From Octopus sinensis (lineage: Eukaryota), in the NCBI RefSeq assembly GCF_006345805.1, contig NC_043004.1, positions 64,790,001-64,854,000 on the forward strand: 64,000 bases of DNA, given 5' to 3'. The notes under the pieces were generated by a model. The model was not told where the DNA came from. It saw only the letters and a list, made by a program, of their open reading frames with translations, and did not search any database. Each line of letters opens with the position of its first letter. Position 1 is the stretch's first letter. A program made the position numbers and the translations under genes. Below are positions 26,656-41,889 of this stretch, one piece after another.

Positions 26656-28113
26656 AACAAAAGACAGTGGAACAAGTGATATTTGAATTTTTGAATAGTT
26701 TTCTTTCAAAAGAAATATTCAAAGTTTTCAGTGGAAAACAACTTTTGTTTCCTCTACCTGTTTTTATTCCATCCACTATGTCATTGTTCAGTCTTTGGAC
26801 AATTCCAGTAGTGTATCAGCTTTTCTATGAGGTTCCTAATCCCTCACTCAACCCTTTCTCTCTTTTCTGAAGAAAGAGATTCTATAAGAAGTTCCTCACG
26901 ACCCTTCATTAAGAGCAACCAATTCTAAAAGAAAGACAGAAAGAAGTATTGACACCCAACCCATCACAAGTATTTGAAAGATAATTTATTTTCTTGACCC
27001 CAGAAGAATGAAAGGGGAAATTGAACCTACCAAGATCTGAACTTGAGATGCAAAGAACCAGAACAACCAGAACAAATATTGCAAGGCACATCCCAACACT
27101 AACGATATTGACAGCTTACTACGAAAAGAAGAGATATTAATGCTGTTTACAGGCCACTTCCAGCTCTCAAGGTTCCTTAGTCCCAGTTATCTTACAGTAG
27201 ATTGGCTCATTTGCCATGGCTGGCTAACTTATTAGATTTCTGTCAAAATATATACAATTATATATTTCAATTAATTTCAATTAATTTTGAAATTAATAAA
27301 ATATTTATTAAAATAATTTTGTTATTGTTAAGCTGACTTTTGAAACATAGATTAGTTTAACATTTTAACAGAAGATTTTTTAAAATCAAAATCACTTTGG
27401 ATCATAGAATCAGAAGCAGTTTCAGGTTGGTTGCTTTTAAATAAGCTTAACCAAAATTGAGCATCAATAAACACTGTAATTTTTTTTTTAATAGGGATAT
27501 GATTAATATGAATTGAAATACTGAACTGCAGCCATTTAGGTGAACTCAGAAATAGGACACTAAATCTCGATCAACATTGATCAGGCTTTTATGTCCTATA
27601 ATGATCAAAGACAGATTCCCATTTTCATTTATAAAGAGATGAATGTCACAAATTAACATTTACTCATAAAATTTAATGTACTATTCTGATCATATACATA
27701 TTTATAGACTTTCAGTGGAGCAAGAAAACAATCTTGTACCCACACAAAAAAAATGAGGAAAACAGTAGTGGTGGTGGTGGTGGTGGTGGTGGTGGTGGAA
27801 TTATTAATAATCTGATGAGCTTTCGATATATAAGAAAAAATACATTTATGTAATAAATCTTGTAGAAATTATGTTTATATCCTAAAAAAATTGTAAAATT
27901 TGTTGTATTATGTACTAAAAAAAATGAAATAAAAATAGATAAATATCTATGATACTATTGTATTGCAATGTTTAAAAAGAATGCATGCTATAGTATGTTG
28001 TGTAATAAATATATATATAAATATTCAAATTATAATATGTAGTACCTATATATGTAAAAATATATATATATATGCATGAATGAAAAGAAAAAAAAACTAA
28101 ACAATTTCTCCAG

Positions 28114-28148
28114 TCACTAATTGCTTTCAATATTTGATTCTTTTTCAG
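28114..28148 (+). promoter_or_regulatory. Candidate 3' splice site of a terminal CELF exon
   Basis: Branch-like TCACTAAT at 28114-28121, pyrimidine tract ttctttttcag, CAG|G at 28148/28149; followed by about 10 kb without recognisable SINEs. Confidence 0.5.
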
Positions 28149-29013
28149 GAGGCCAACAAATACGGCTCACCAAGAATTACTAAGCAGATTTTTAAAGATA
28201 TCTTTTAGGATGTTTACTTCCTATTCAAACGCTGAATGCTTTCTCACCAAGGCCAAAAAGGAAAACAAAACAAAAAACAATAATAATAATTATAATAATA
28301 ATAATAAAACCAAAAAAAAATAATGATAATAAAAAGAACTGAACAAAAGAATGTTAAAAGCCTACCGAGGTCACATTGAAGAGAAGAAAAATGCTGTATA
28401 CATATCGAACACGTGTTCAAAGTTATTTTATTTATTTAATTTATATATTTTTTCCAAATATTTTTCCCCCTTTTTTGTGTCATTTATTTATAAACATATA
28501 TATATGTATATATATCTATCTGTCTATATATATATATATATATTTCCTCTCAGAAACGGTCATTAAATTTTAGGGTGACCAACTGCGTTAGTACTTTAGC
28601 TTCCACTGCACTTGTAGTACTGTGTAATGACTTTTAGAGCTTTTTCGTGGCGAATAATAGAGATTATTTTAGAAATTGTTGTCATTTTTTCCGATGCTTA
28701 TCATTTCAAAGATTCAAAAATGAATGAGTGAAGTGTGTAAATTTGCTGAAGACATTCCAAAGAACACAGGAGGATTACAGGTGCTTGCAATGCACAATTA
28801 TCACCTTCATTTGTATAAACATTGCTTCGGTCTACCATTTTAGCCGCTTCTATGAAATAGATGGAATAACAGGCTGGTAGAGAAATGCATGGGTTGTGCA
28901 TATTTTAGTACATACACAAAAGAGAGAAAAAAAAACACTCTTATGTATATAGACTGGGTGGGTGGCAAAGAATATAACTGAATGATAATTAATAAGCAAT
29001 TAAAACCACAAAG

Positions 29014-29061
<48 letters not shown>

Positions 29062-30356
29062 TATGTATATATATATGTGTGCATAAGTCTGAGTAAGTGC
29101 GCGTATGTAAGAATACATCCATGTATATAGATATATATATATATATACACACATTCATATGTGGGTGTATATATAAATACTTGAATATATGCATCACTAT
29201 GTATATATAAATGTGTCTATATGTACATGTATATGCACATGTGTGTGTGTGTATGTAAGTATGTGTGTGTACATAACACATTTGCCAGTATGAATGGTTT
29301 TTATTGCACACAATTTAAATTATTTCCTAATGATTTTTTTAATGTGAAAAATATAACAAAGGCAAAATTTATACACATGCACACACATGCAAATGCACGC
29401 ACATGTTAATGTATAAAATGCACATAGACACACAAACACATGGAAAACACGTATGCACACTCTTGCACAATGCCATATTTGAAGAAAAGATGGTAAATAC
29501 AGTATTCTTTAGAAAAGAAAAATAAGTTCTGAGATTTCTGAATGAAATAAATTCTGTTGTAACAATTAAAAGGAATTAACGAACAGAGAACTAGAACTGT
29601 TCCAAAGGCTGACATAGAAACAATGCAAACATTTTCACTTCATACATACATAGATACACACATAGGCACATGTATATATAATGTAGGCAAAGCATATCAA
29701 AGCTGACTTCACATTTTATAAATATATAGACATACATGCAAATATGCATACATGAATACATATATATATAATATATATATATATGATGTAATGCTTACAT
29801 TCATGTCTTTATATTTATACATATGTAAGTAAAAAAAATATATATTATACATACACACACATATCTATATGCATATATATGTCTAATTCACATACATAGT
29901 AATCATATATATATATATATATATATGCAGAGTCATCTATGTGTGTATATGTGTATATATCTACCTATACATTTCTATATATGTAAGAGTGTATGTGTAT
30001 ATATTCATATATATGCATATATTCTTCTTATAAACACATACACATATGAGTATATATTTATATACATACCTTATATATATTGGTTAAAACAATAGTTAAT
30101 CAGCTTGTAGAAAGATCAGCATAATGTATAGGTTTAGAATTTTTCTGCAGAGTTTAGACAAAATTGGAAAAATGTGAGGGAGGAGATAAGAGCAAATATA
30201 CAAACTAACCAATATTATCATTAATAACAGAAACAGCTGTAGCAATATATATGACAATAGCAAGACTTAAAGAGATAAAATGAATAATTTCATACATGCT
30301 AAATCTCTCACCTACCCACTTAGCAAACTCTGTATTTTCATTCAAGGTAGTCTTTA

Positions 30357-30416
<60 letters not shown>

Positions 30417-30576
30417 TATAAATGTGGGTGGGTGTGTATAGATGTATATATATGTATATATCTATGTGTGCATACATGTATATTTACATATATAAAAGTG
30501 TGCATGTGTATGTATATAGAAGTGTGTATATGGATGTATGTGTTTTCAGGTGTGTTTGTGTTATATATATATATAC

Positions 30577-30617
<41 letters not shown>

Positions 30618-30700
30618 TTCATGTATGTACATAATGAGTGTGTAAGGAGTTGCAAGCATGCACATTTAATATATGACAAATATTATGTGTATGTTTCATA

Positions 30701-30738
<38 letters not shown>

Positions 30739-31050
30739 ATATGGTGAATGTGTGTGCATGTGTGGGTGTATATATATCTTCTATATTTATTATGAATACC
30801 ATGAATCTTATTTATTGCGTTGAGGAATATTTATGAAATCAGCTCTATATTTTTTCGGTCATATAGAATCCAGAATCATTGTAGACTTGCTTCAGAAGAG
30901 GAGGGAATCAGCTTACAAGTCAAGGAGTGCCAAAGTTTCTTTATGGTACCTTCTTCAAAGTACTCTTGAATCAACATATATTCTTTTCTCTGAAAATTAG
31001 ACATACACTACACACCAAATTATGAAACTAGATTTAGTGCATACATGCTC

Positions 31051-31103
<53 letters not shown>

Positions 31104-32938
31104 GAAGCATGTATATCTATGTATATAAATATTTTACATTGTATGTATACATCCAAAATGAAAAAAACTCTGATAGAACTATTTCAAAATTCTTATATAT
31201 TTATATAATTTGCATTTAAAATTATAGTTATTTTAGGGGGAAAAATATCTACAGATTCTTGCAATTTAATCATTAACTAATCCACAGACCAACTTACACA
31301 GGTAATTATCTTACAAATATTTAAAAATCTTAATTTTAAAAAATATATATATGCAGAAAAAAGATAGATTGAATCAATGATATGTACAAAGAAAATACAA
31401 CACATATCTTTAATATTAATTAAAACTTTCACACAACACATATATACATGCACACACACACTCATATACACACATACATACACATACATATCTATCTATA
31501 AATATATAGAGGTTCAAATAAGTTGACAAAATTTTTTTCAAAGAACAACTACAGAAGAAAGAAAGAAAATTTAACTTTAAAAAAAATCACAAAATAAAAT
31601 TTCAGAAAAAATATTAAAAAAAAAAATACTTTAGAAACTTTTTTATTTTTATTTATTATTATTTTTTTGCAATATATCAAATTTGCCATGTTATCATCGC
31701 ATTTTTTCTATAAATATATGTAAATAGAAAGAAAAAAAAAGAAAAGAAAAAGACTGAAAAAAAAATCACATCTTGTTTTTTTTTTAAATTTTTTTCAAAT
31801 TCCAATTGTATATTTAATAATTAATTTATTTATTTTTAACTAATATTTCGCAAAAAAAAAAACTAAAAAAAAAAATCATTAGATATATTGCATTACTAAA
31901 AAATATATAAAAACCCACCCTGCAAAAAAGTCAACCAAGTGAGGAATATGTTATAATCTAGAAAATTCTTTACCTCATTCCCACCGAACATACCACAGTC
32001 AGACAATAATAATACCCTCCTCCATAAAAAAAATTTCAACAATAATTAGCACTTACAAAAATAAATATATGTACAAACAATCATATTTATACATACATAC
32101 ATACATAGCACATACATATATCAGCTTCTATATAAGCAGATATCAAAAGAATAATTCAAACTAAAAGACATTTTTTTTCTTTTATCCCCAAACCCTTGCA
32201 ACAAAAAAAATTGCTTTGCGTTTTGTAACAGGCTTGCAACAGCCATGCAAGAGTCTTAACAATGCTGCTCAATAAATAACTAAAAATTAAATTAAAATAA
32301 AATATTTACATTAAATTATAAATTAATATATCATTTTTATGAAACCATATACAAAAAAAATTACCAAAAAAAAAGATTAAAAAAAACAGAAGAGAATCAG
32401 AGAAAAAGAAAATAAATGTAATTATAACACAAGAGGAAGTTTTACAATTTTTAAACATAATACTTTCAATTTTACACATTAATTTTAATAGCTTTTGTTC
32501 TTGCATATATATATATATACACACACACACATATACATAAATATATATATATGTATACATGTATATATGTATATATATATATATTTATGCATATATGTAT
32601 GTAAATATGTTTGTATGTATGCACATATGTGTGTATGTATATTTGTATAAGTTTGTATGCATACATATATATACACACACACACACATATATATATATAT
32701 ATGCATATATATATATATTGTGTGTGTGTGTGTGATTACTTTCAGCTGATTCAATTTACTGTTATTTTAGAGTTACCCTTGACTTTGTTTAATTCATTTT
32801 ACTAAATTAACTGGATTCAGTTTCTTTTTTCTGATGAACCAACGAATTGTCAAGCACACTCTAAAATAACAATCAACATGATTAGCTGAAATAAATTATA
32901 TTCTACCATGGTATTGAGCACTTTTTTTATCCTTAATA

Positions 32939-32990
<52 letters not shown>

Positions 32991-34121
32991 ACACACCCAC
33001 ACACAAATGTATGTATGTATACAAACACACATGTACATATTAAAACTCGTGGTGCTCAAATTGTTTGAGAAGAATCAAATAAATGAGGAAATTATATATT
33101 CACACACATACATATATGCATGCACATGCATATATATATATATATATATACATCCACATATATATTCATATACACACATACATATGGATGCATACATGAT
33201 CATACATAGATATAAATATGCATACAGTTTTAAATTTTACTTTGGTATTAATTTAAGTTTTCCATAAAAACTTATGACTTGCTCAGCCAAGAATTCTGAG
33301 TTACAGTATAAAACAATAATAAAATTATGCAATTTTTAAAAAATAAATATTGAGAAATTCCATGTCTGTTAAAATCCTACACTGCAAGAAGTAGTTTTCT
33401 TATTAAAATTCTGAACATCAAATATAAAGTTAGTGTCCCATTCACCAACCTCCCTAGCAATATATTATGACATTACAAAGATATAAATTAATAAAATTCC
33501 AGCCTGCCCAATACACGCACATATATACACACACACACATATATATATGTGCACACATAAATATCAGTGTGCATCTGTGTGTATACATATACAAGTATAT
33601 GTATTTGTGCATATATCTATATATATGCACATACATATATAGTTGTTTGTGTTTATATGTACATACATATCTAGCTACTTCTGTGTGTGTGTATGTATAT
33701 GTGTGTACATGTGTATATATACACATGCTAGTGTGTGCATGGTTGTATATATGTATATAGCTATAAAATACATATTGATGTGCATAGCTACATGCACATT
33801 TTCATACATAAAGCATATTTCTCAAAAGCTATTGTTATTTATTATGAAACCCTAAGTATTATTCTAGTCTCCAGAATTCTCTCCCCCTCTTCCCAGATAT
33901 GACAAATCATACACACACAGAGTACACAAACACCTACATAATATTCACACACACGCACAAACATACAATCATTACATGAACACATATGTAAACTATTTAT
34001 TTTGTTAATTTCATTTTTTAATACTTAAATTGAAACCAAAGTTTATATATACACACATGTCCATATATATATACATGTGTGTGTGTATATATGTGTCCAT
34101 ATGTATATATGTGTGTATATG

Positions 34122-34160
<39 letters not shown>

Positions 34161-34463
34161 GTATATATGTATATATTTATATGTATACATATGTTTTCTT
34201 TTTTTCATCTTCCATTTTTGTAGTTTTAGCACATTTTATCAACAGTAAACATTTAAAAATTTGAATATTTAGAAAAAAAGGCTTTTAAAACTATTTAAAA
34301 TAAAAAAAATTAATCTATATAAAAAAAATGGAAAAACCTCCCCCCAAAAAAAGTATAAAATTGGTGTGAAGCAGAAAAGAGGGGTCAGGGAGGGGTGGTA
34401 TTTCTAGTTTATCCCATCTCAATCTATCATTCCCCTACCCACTGCCCCACTTTTTTCCATTAA

Positions 34464-34535
<72 letters not shown>

Positions 34536-34687
34536 TTTGGTTTTTATATTACTTTTTTTTCCTTTTGTGATTTAAACACAAGAATGATTCCCTGAATTCC
34601 TCTGGAAAAAAAAAGGAAAAACAAAACAAAAAATTTTTTTGATTCCTGGTTTTGTTTAAATTTGATTTCATTTTTTTTGTGATGAAG

Positions 34688-34747
<60 letters not shown>

Positions 34748-37700
34748 ATCTCTGCTCTGAGGAATCAGCCATGTGTAAACCCATCTGTTCTAATTATATC
34801 ATTTTATTTATTTCATTCGCATATCATGAACGATAAATCATGTTTAAAACTATAATATTATGAAATATTCATCTAGATCTTATCAAAAGAAAGAGAACAA
34901 CAACAGCAACAACTATTTTTAATGAACAATGGAAGAAAAAAATATATACATGAATTATAAAAAAAAATATATATATATATATATCCATGAACATTGAGCC
35001 AAAAGCAAATGTATATGTTTAATATACACCAAAATATAACAAAAAAAAAGAAATAAAGCAAATATTTCATCTCTCCTTCAACAACACAGAACAAAAAAAT
35101 GTAAAAAAAATTAAATAAATAAAAATGATGAGACTTATTAAGATCAGTATTTCATCCTGTGTGTTTAATTAGTTTATGTCCATACTATAGATTGATTCAT
35201 GGAGGAGGGGGGTGTTCTATTTAACTACAACAACAACAACATTAACATCATCTTAGACCAACCAGCTAAGAACATTGCAAAGTTGTTGCCAGATCTATTC
35301 AATGTAGCAAGCAAATTTCTCCCTCAGCAAATTCCTTGCTGTCTTTTTAAATGAGACTGCATGGATATTAAACTCCTTGAATTTAGAACAATGTGACTCC
35401 CAATAAAGATGAAACGGTCACAATGAGGTCAGTCCAAACCAATACATTTGGAGCTGGAGCTGTGTGTCGCTTCTAGATAACTCAATTGATCGACAGCTAT
35501 CAATGATATCAAAAAAAAACGATACCAGCTGCTTTGCATATCACTCCCACAAAACTGTGATTGCTATTGAATTGTATTTTAAAAAAAAAACAAAAATGAA
35601 AGAAAAAGAAAAGAAAAAGCAGACAGCAGTTCAAAGAAATTTAAAAGTTTGTGTGGGAATCAAATCAAATCAAAATTTAAATTAAATTTCATAATAACTA
35701 AATTCCTCTTCTTTGACACATCTGGTGGCTTACCATTTTGTATAACAGTCTATACTTCTAGAATAGACCAGATCTACTGAACGATATTAATAATAGCTGA
35801 TGAGAAAGATTATAGTTACAACTATAACAGCTGTAACAAAGAAAATCCCTGGCATTTTTCAGGGTGTCAGAACTGGGAAGTATAATTGCTCCAAAGTTCT
35901 CTTGCATGGAAGAACCATTCCTAAACAGAAATCTAACATAGATTACAAAAAAAAAAATTCTTTTTTTTTTTTGAGTTAAAATAATGGGCGGTTAGCAACT
36001 ATTTGATTGTTTAACTTCTGTGGCACAATCACTTCAATTCGAATCAAAGCTAATTTTGAGGGATAATAAACCACTGCTACCATAATCACCAGCAATAAGA
36101 ACATCAAATCAACCTATAATACTTTTACTAAGCGCCTATAACCAACAAGGTGGAAGCTTCTATACAATCATTGAAATCTCCCTAATGTAGCTGTTGAGTC
36201 TTGCTCAACAGCACTCTGTACTGTTTTGTTTAATATGTGAAGACCTCATGTCTTGAAGACTTACAATTTTAAAGAAAGATCATGCCCGACAATAAAGATA
36301 ATATGGCCAAAAGCTAGAATATGTTTTTTCTTTACATTGTCACAAGGTCACACATTTTGTTTAAAAGAGTCAATTGAATCCCCCCCAGTTCTTGTTTTCA
36401 TACTTCCTTTGCCTGTTCCTGTGGAGGAGTTAATAATAATAATAAAAATCAACCCTGGCAGTTTTTTTTTTTTTAACTTATATATATTTTTTTAAATGCT
36501 CAGAACACAAAAGGGACAAATATAAGTATTGTTTATGCATCACTGAGTCTGCTGTTTCTAATACTTCTGCTACTACAACTCTACTTGGCTATAATATTTC
36601 TCCAGAAGATGTATTTGCTCAATCATCTCCGTAAGCTACTCAACAACTACAGTAATAATAGTGGAAAGAAAAAGAAAAGAAAAACAAAATAAACAGCAAC
36701 TATTATGTAAGAGGGAGAAACAGAAGCAACAGTTATGACATCTGTGCGATAATTCACTTGTTCTGATTAATTACTTGCTTGGGTTGTAAAGATATTAACT
36801 AAAGGCATCAATCTCAGACAAAAAAAAGCAGGGAAACATGTCCACTGATGATATTCATACCACTTACCTATTATTTGCCCAGTGACTGTGTTACTTGATT
36901 AATACTAAAATCAGTGACATGGTGACTTGGCATGCAATAGAGAGACATATCATGTCTCTCTATTGCATGCCAAGTAAGTTCCATCAGCAAAACTATTACC
37001 CTTTTTTTCTCTGTCTGATATTCGTGCTCCTGAAGTCCAGTATCATTCACTTATTCTTGTTTATTGTTTCATCTATCCCTGGCTATTTTTTTATAATAAT
37101 ATTTCACAAGAGTTAGTGACAGAGCTTCTTTCTTGATGCATAATCTGGTCACTGTGGCAGCTGATTGTTCCCCCCTCAAGTATTTCCTTATCATCTAGGC
37201 GTGCTTCAGTAGAAATTATCAATTATATGACACACAACATTTCTGAACATATCACAAACATTCTGAAAAAAATTTCAAAGACCTGACATAACTCCTTCAT
37301 TAATTCCCTGGCAATTTTTTTCTTTCTATATTTTCTTTCATTTTTTTTTCATTTGTTTATATTTTTCTTGTTTTCTTTTTGTAATATTTTGGAAAGAAAT
37401 TTTCCTTTTTTTTCATATTTGTTTTGTTTATGTTTTATTATTTTTCTTGTTCATATTAAATTAATTAATTAAATAAAACATAAATTTAAATAACTTATAA
37501 ATACAAACATATTTATTGTAATACAATATTTATTACATTTTTTTTTTGTCCTGAAAACTCACTCCAAATCTCAGCACAGATTTGATTTCTTTCAATTATT
37601 ATTATCATTACTATAATTTTATCATTTCCATTTTTACAAACTATTTTTCTTCTATTATTTCAAATAAAACAACAATATATAATATACTAGTCAAATCTGC

Positions 37701-38094
37701 AACAACAAAAAATACACGAAAAAAGGCAAAAGAAAATTTTTACAAAAAAAAATAGACTTGAAACAAAATAAATTTGATTTCAAAAAAATTTTTAAATGAA
37801 AGAAAAAGGATTGCAGAAGAAAAAAAAAACAAGAACAATAACAAGAACATCTATAATAAACTGATACATATATATATGTCGATAAATATATATATATATA
37901 TTTATATATATGTATATATATATGTACACACACACATACATGAACACACAGGTAAATAAGAACTGAGAGAGTAATGAGAAAACATCATCAAAAGATAACA
38001 GGAAATAAAACTCTTCTATGATCTTATTTAAATTTTGTACTTAAGACTGCTATTAATTGGTCTTTGAAATATACATATATATCTATCTTTTATC

Positions 38095-38545
38095 TTTTAC
38101 TTATTACAGTCATTGGACTGCAGCCATGCTGGAGCACCAATCTTGAGGGGGTTTAGTCAAACAGATTGATCCTAATACTTATTCTTTTTCTAAATCTGGC
38201 ACTTATTCTATCAGTCTCTTTTGCCGAACTGCTAAGTTATGGAGACATGAACAAACCAACACTGATTGTTAAATGGTGAATGCGACAAACACAAAAACAT
38301 ACACAATAGTGAAATCATAGTTATGGCCGATGCCAGTGTCATGTAAATGACACTCATGCCAGTGGCATGTAAAAAGCACCCATTACACTCTTGGAGTGGT
38401 TGGCATTAGGAAGGGCATCCAGTCATAGAAACCATGCCAAATCAGACTGGAACCTGGTGCAGCTCTCCAACTTACCAGGTTTTCAGTCAAACCATCTAAC
38501 CCATGCCATCATGGACAGCAGATGTTAAATGATTATGATGATGGA
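38095..38545. mobile_element. Adjacent SINE family 1 tail half (-) and family 2 copy (+)
   Basis: ttacagtcattggactgcagccatgctggagcacc... followed by gccgatgccagtgtcatgtaa...ggaagggcatccag...gatgatg. Confidence 0.75.
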
Positions 38546-40042
38546 GTTCCATAAAGTTTGTCTACCAAATTCACTCCCAAGGCATTGGTCGGTTGGGAGA
38601 TTATAGTATACACTTGCACAAGGTGCTGTGCAGTAAAACTGAGCCTGACACCCCATAGTTGCAAAGTGAGCTTCTTAGTCACACAGCCTGCATCTATATA
38701 TTTAATAACAGTAGTCTTTCAAGTTTGAGAAAAGCAGTTCGACAATTTCTTGCAGAACAACCTGTGCACAGATGATATGTGTATAGTGATCAAATCTTTA
38801 TGCTGTACATTAGGTCACTCCCTCCATCAAAACGATGTTGCCTCTACAGGTGTGCAAATTTGCCACATATTAAATGTTGAAATGATTGCAGTGTTTTGCT
38901 CCAGAACACAATGCATTGATTGGTCCAAGAATTGAACACACAATCTCATAATCATGAGCACAACACCCTAACCACTAGGTCACATATCCTCTATTATGTA
39001 TTCATTTCATCTTACGTCCACTTTTCCAGGCTAGCATGGGTTAGACCAATATGTTATTGAGGCATTGTTTCACACATAGATGCCTTTCCTGTTGCTAAGC
39101 CTTACATGTTTTTCAAATAAGAGATATGTATATGTGTATGTGTGTGGTTACTGAAACTAATGATTTACTCTGTCGTTACTCAAGTTTTGTGTATTTATGA
39201 AGGCAATGAAGAGATTAAGGCAACTGACTGCAATTTTTACAGTGGTTACTATATATCTCATTTTGCAGAGGTCAGCTTTAGTCAGGTGTCATTGTTGTGG
39301 AGGTAGAGTTGGTGTCTTTGGTTGTGTATACTTGCAGTGTGTCTCTGTAGGAATAGTCATGTTACTTATCTAGTGTACAACCTGACAGGCATGCATAATG
39401 TTTAGATGCATATATACACTCACACACAAATTTATAGATATATATAGATGCAAACATTTACATTACCATATAACAGTTAAGAACATCACCTATATATATA
39501 TATATATATATATATAGGTATTTCTCTATAGAAATGGTGAAGTTACTTATCTAGTGTACAACTTGATAAGCATGCATACATGTTTTATATACATAAATAT
39601 ATATATACACACACATTCACACACAAATTTATAGATATATAGATGTTGAGTTGGTATGTATCAGATTGGAGCCTGGTGCAGCCATATGGTTCGCCAGTCC
39701 TCAGTCAAATTATCCAATCCATGCAGGCTTGCATGTCAAAAAATTCACGTTTAGGTACATGTATGCACTCACATACAGAAATATATAGCTAAAAATGCCT
39801 GCTTGAAGGAACATATTCACCTTTTGCGTAAGCGTATTCATATATGCATATACAGATACTGGACAATTTGACTGAGGACTGGCGAACCATATGGATGCAC
39901 CAGGCTCCAATCTGATCTGACAGATTTTCTACAGCTGGATGCCCTTCTTAACGCCAACCACTCCAAGAGTGTAGTGGGTGCTTTTACATGCCACTAACAT
40001 GAGGGCACTGATATTCATACAACTTGCACTGATATTCATATA

Positions 40043-40523
40043 CTGTAAATCCTCGTGTACAATCCACATTTTTTATATGAGGTTAAAAATGAAAAATATT
40101 TTCTAAGCAATGTCCGAGTCTCTATTTGCTGTCCGGCAATGTTTATTCAGATGCATTTTGTGATGCCAGGCACGAAAATACCTTAAGCTAAGCCTGAAAG
40201 CAATGAAGTCATAAGAGAATCATCCATAACTTGCAATAAGCAACATTTATTAAAATAAAAGTATTCAGAATACAGAATATCATGTAACAAAAACAATTTG
40301 CAAACATTTACATTACCATATAACAGTTAAGAACATCACCATTATTGTATTACGCATACGCGGAAGTGTTTGTTCGATTAGGGGCTGCTGGCGTAATTAC
40401 GCATGACTCAAGTTAGAGAAGGGGTGCGTATCATACACAAGGTTTAGGTTTTTCAGAAGTACAGCCCCCTAAAAATCCCCTGTGTATTATACTCAAGGGT
40501 GGACTATACACAAGGATTTACGG
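40043..40523. mobile_element. Tc1/mariner (pogo/Tigger-like) MITE, 481 bp, TA TSD
   Basis: TA-ctgtaaatcctcgtgtacaatccac ... gtggactatacacaaggatttacgg-TA; imperfect 25-bp TIR. Confidence 0.75.
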
Positions 40524-41630
40524 TACTACATATTCACAGCTGCTTAAAACCATCATGACCTAAACAGAACATTAAAAAAAATTATTCCCCGTTTGTTTAT
40601 TTATATGTATGTGTGTGTATGTATGCGTGTGTGATCATTTTACATCCACTTTTCCATGCTGACATGGGTTTGATGGGACTTTTTCAAACAGTGTTTTTGT
40701 GAACCAGATGCCTTTTCTGATGTCAATTCTTTTAGCTGCCTCATACAAAAGGCACAGCTATTCCAAAAACCAAGATGCACCTTGATAACTATCATCATCA
40801 TCATCATCATTTAATGCCTGCTTTCCATGCTGATGGTTTGACTGAAAACTGATAAGCCAGGGAGCTGCACCAAGTTCCAATCTGATTTGGCAAGATTCCT
40901 ACAGCTGGACACCCTTCCTAACACCAACCACTCCAAGAGTGTAGTGGGTGCTTTTTTACGTGCCACTGGCATGGGTGCCATTGACGTGACACCAGCATCA
41001 GCCACAACTATGATTTCACCTGGTTTGACAGGTCTGCACAAGCACTGTATATCACCAAAGGTCTCAGTCCCATGTCACTACCTCTGTGAGGCCCAATTCT
41101 CATATATACACATAGTTTACATGCACATTCACACACACACACATGTATGTGTATGAGCATATCACCATCAATGTTTTAACACCAACTATTCCATGCTTAC
41201 ACGGGTCAGCCAAAGTTTGAGGTAGATTTTCTACAGCTGGATGCCTTTCCTATCACCAACCATCATCAATTACCAAGCAAGCTTATATTTCCTCATAACC
41301 AGACATATTTCTACAGAACAATAGAAACAAGTGACTGTGACACTCAGTTACAATCATCACATGATATCAAAACAACAAAACACACACACGAGTAACAGGC
41401 TTCTTTCAGTTTCTACCTACCAAATTCATTCATTAGGTTTTGGTCAGCTATAGTAGAATACATCCAAGTTACAGTGGGACTGAACCTGGAAGCATGTAGT
41501 TGGGAAACAAACTATATATATATGTGTGTATGTGTTCAAGTGGCAGAGTCAGTAGAGCACTAGATGGATTGCTTTGCAGCAATCATTCTGCACACTGAGT
41601 TCAAATCCAAGCAACACCAACTTTACTTTA

Positions 41631-41889
41631 TTTACATTCGACGGATATTTATCATCTTGTTTGTTGTTACCACAACATTTCGGCTGATATACCCTCCAGC
41701 CTTCATCAGGTGTCTTGGGGAAATTTCGAACCTGGGTTCTCATTCAGTTCGAAATTTCCCCAAGACACCTGAAGAAGGCTGGAGGGTATATCAGCCGAAA
41801 TGTTGTGGTAACAACAAACAAGATGAGGAGAAATATCTGTCGAATGTAAATAATGTACATAATTCCTCATCTCTTAAATATAGAACTGA
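41631..41889. mobile_element. Non-autonomous palindromic Penelope-terminus-like element with two opposed hammerhead motifs and a 15-bp TSD
   Basis: Arms 41631-41731 and 41747-41850; TSD accaactttacttta at 41616-41630 and 41890-41904; CUGAAGA(+) 41769-41775 and CUGAUGA(-) 41709-41703, each followed by a-ggctg-loop-cagcc-GAAA-uguu. Confidence 0.85.

Noticed and set aside
28560-28600. agggtgaccaac as a hAT terminus
   Set aside because: No matching opposite TIR or TSD found.
29290-29320. atgaatggtttt (MNGF), like CELF RRM3 AMNGFQIG
   Set aside because: Continues YCTQFK with no splice sites or flanking homology.
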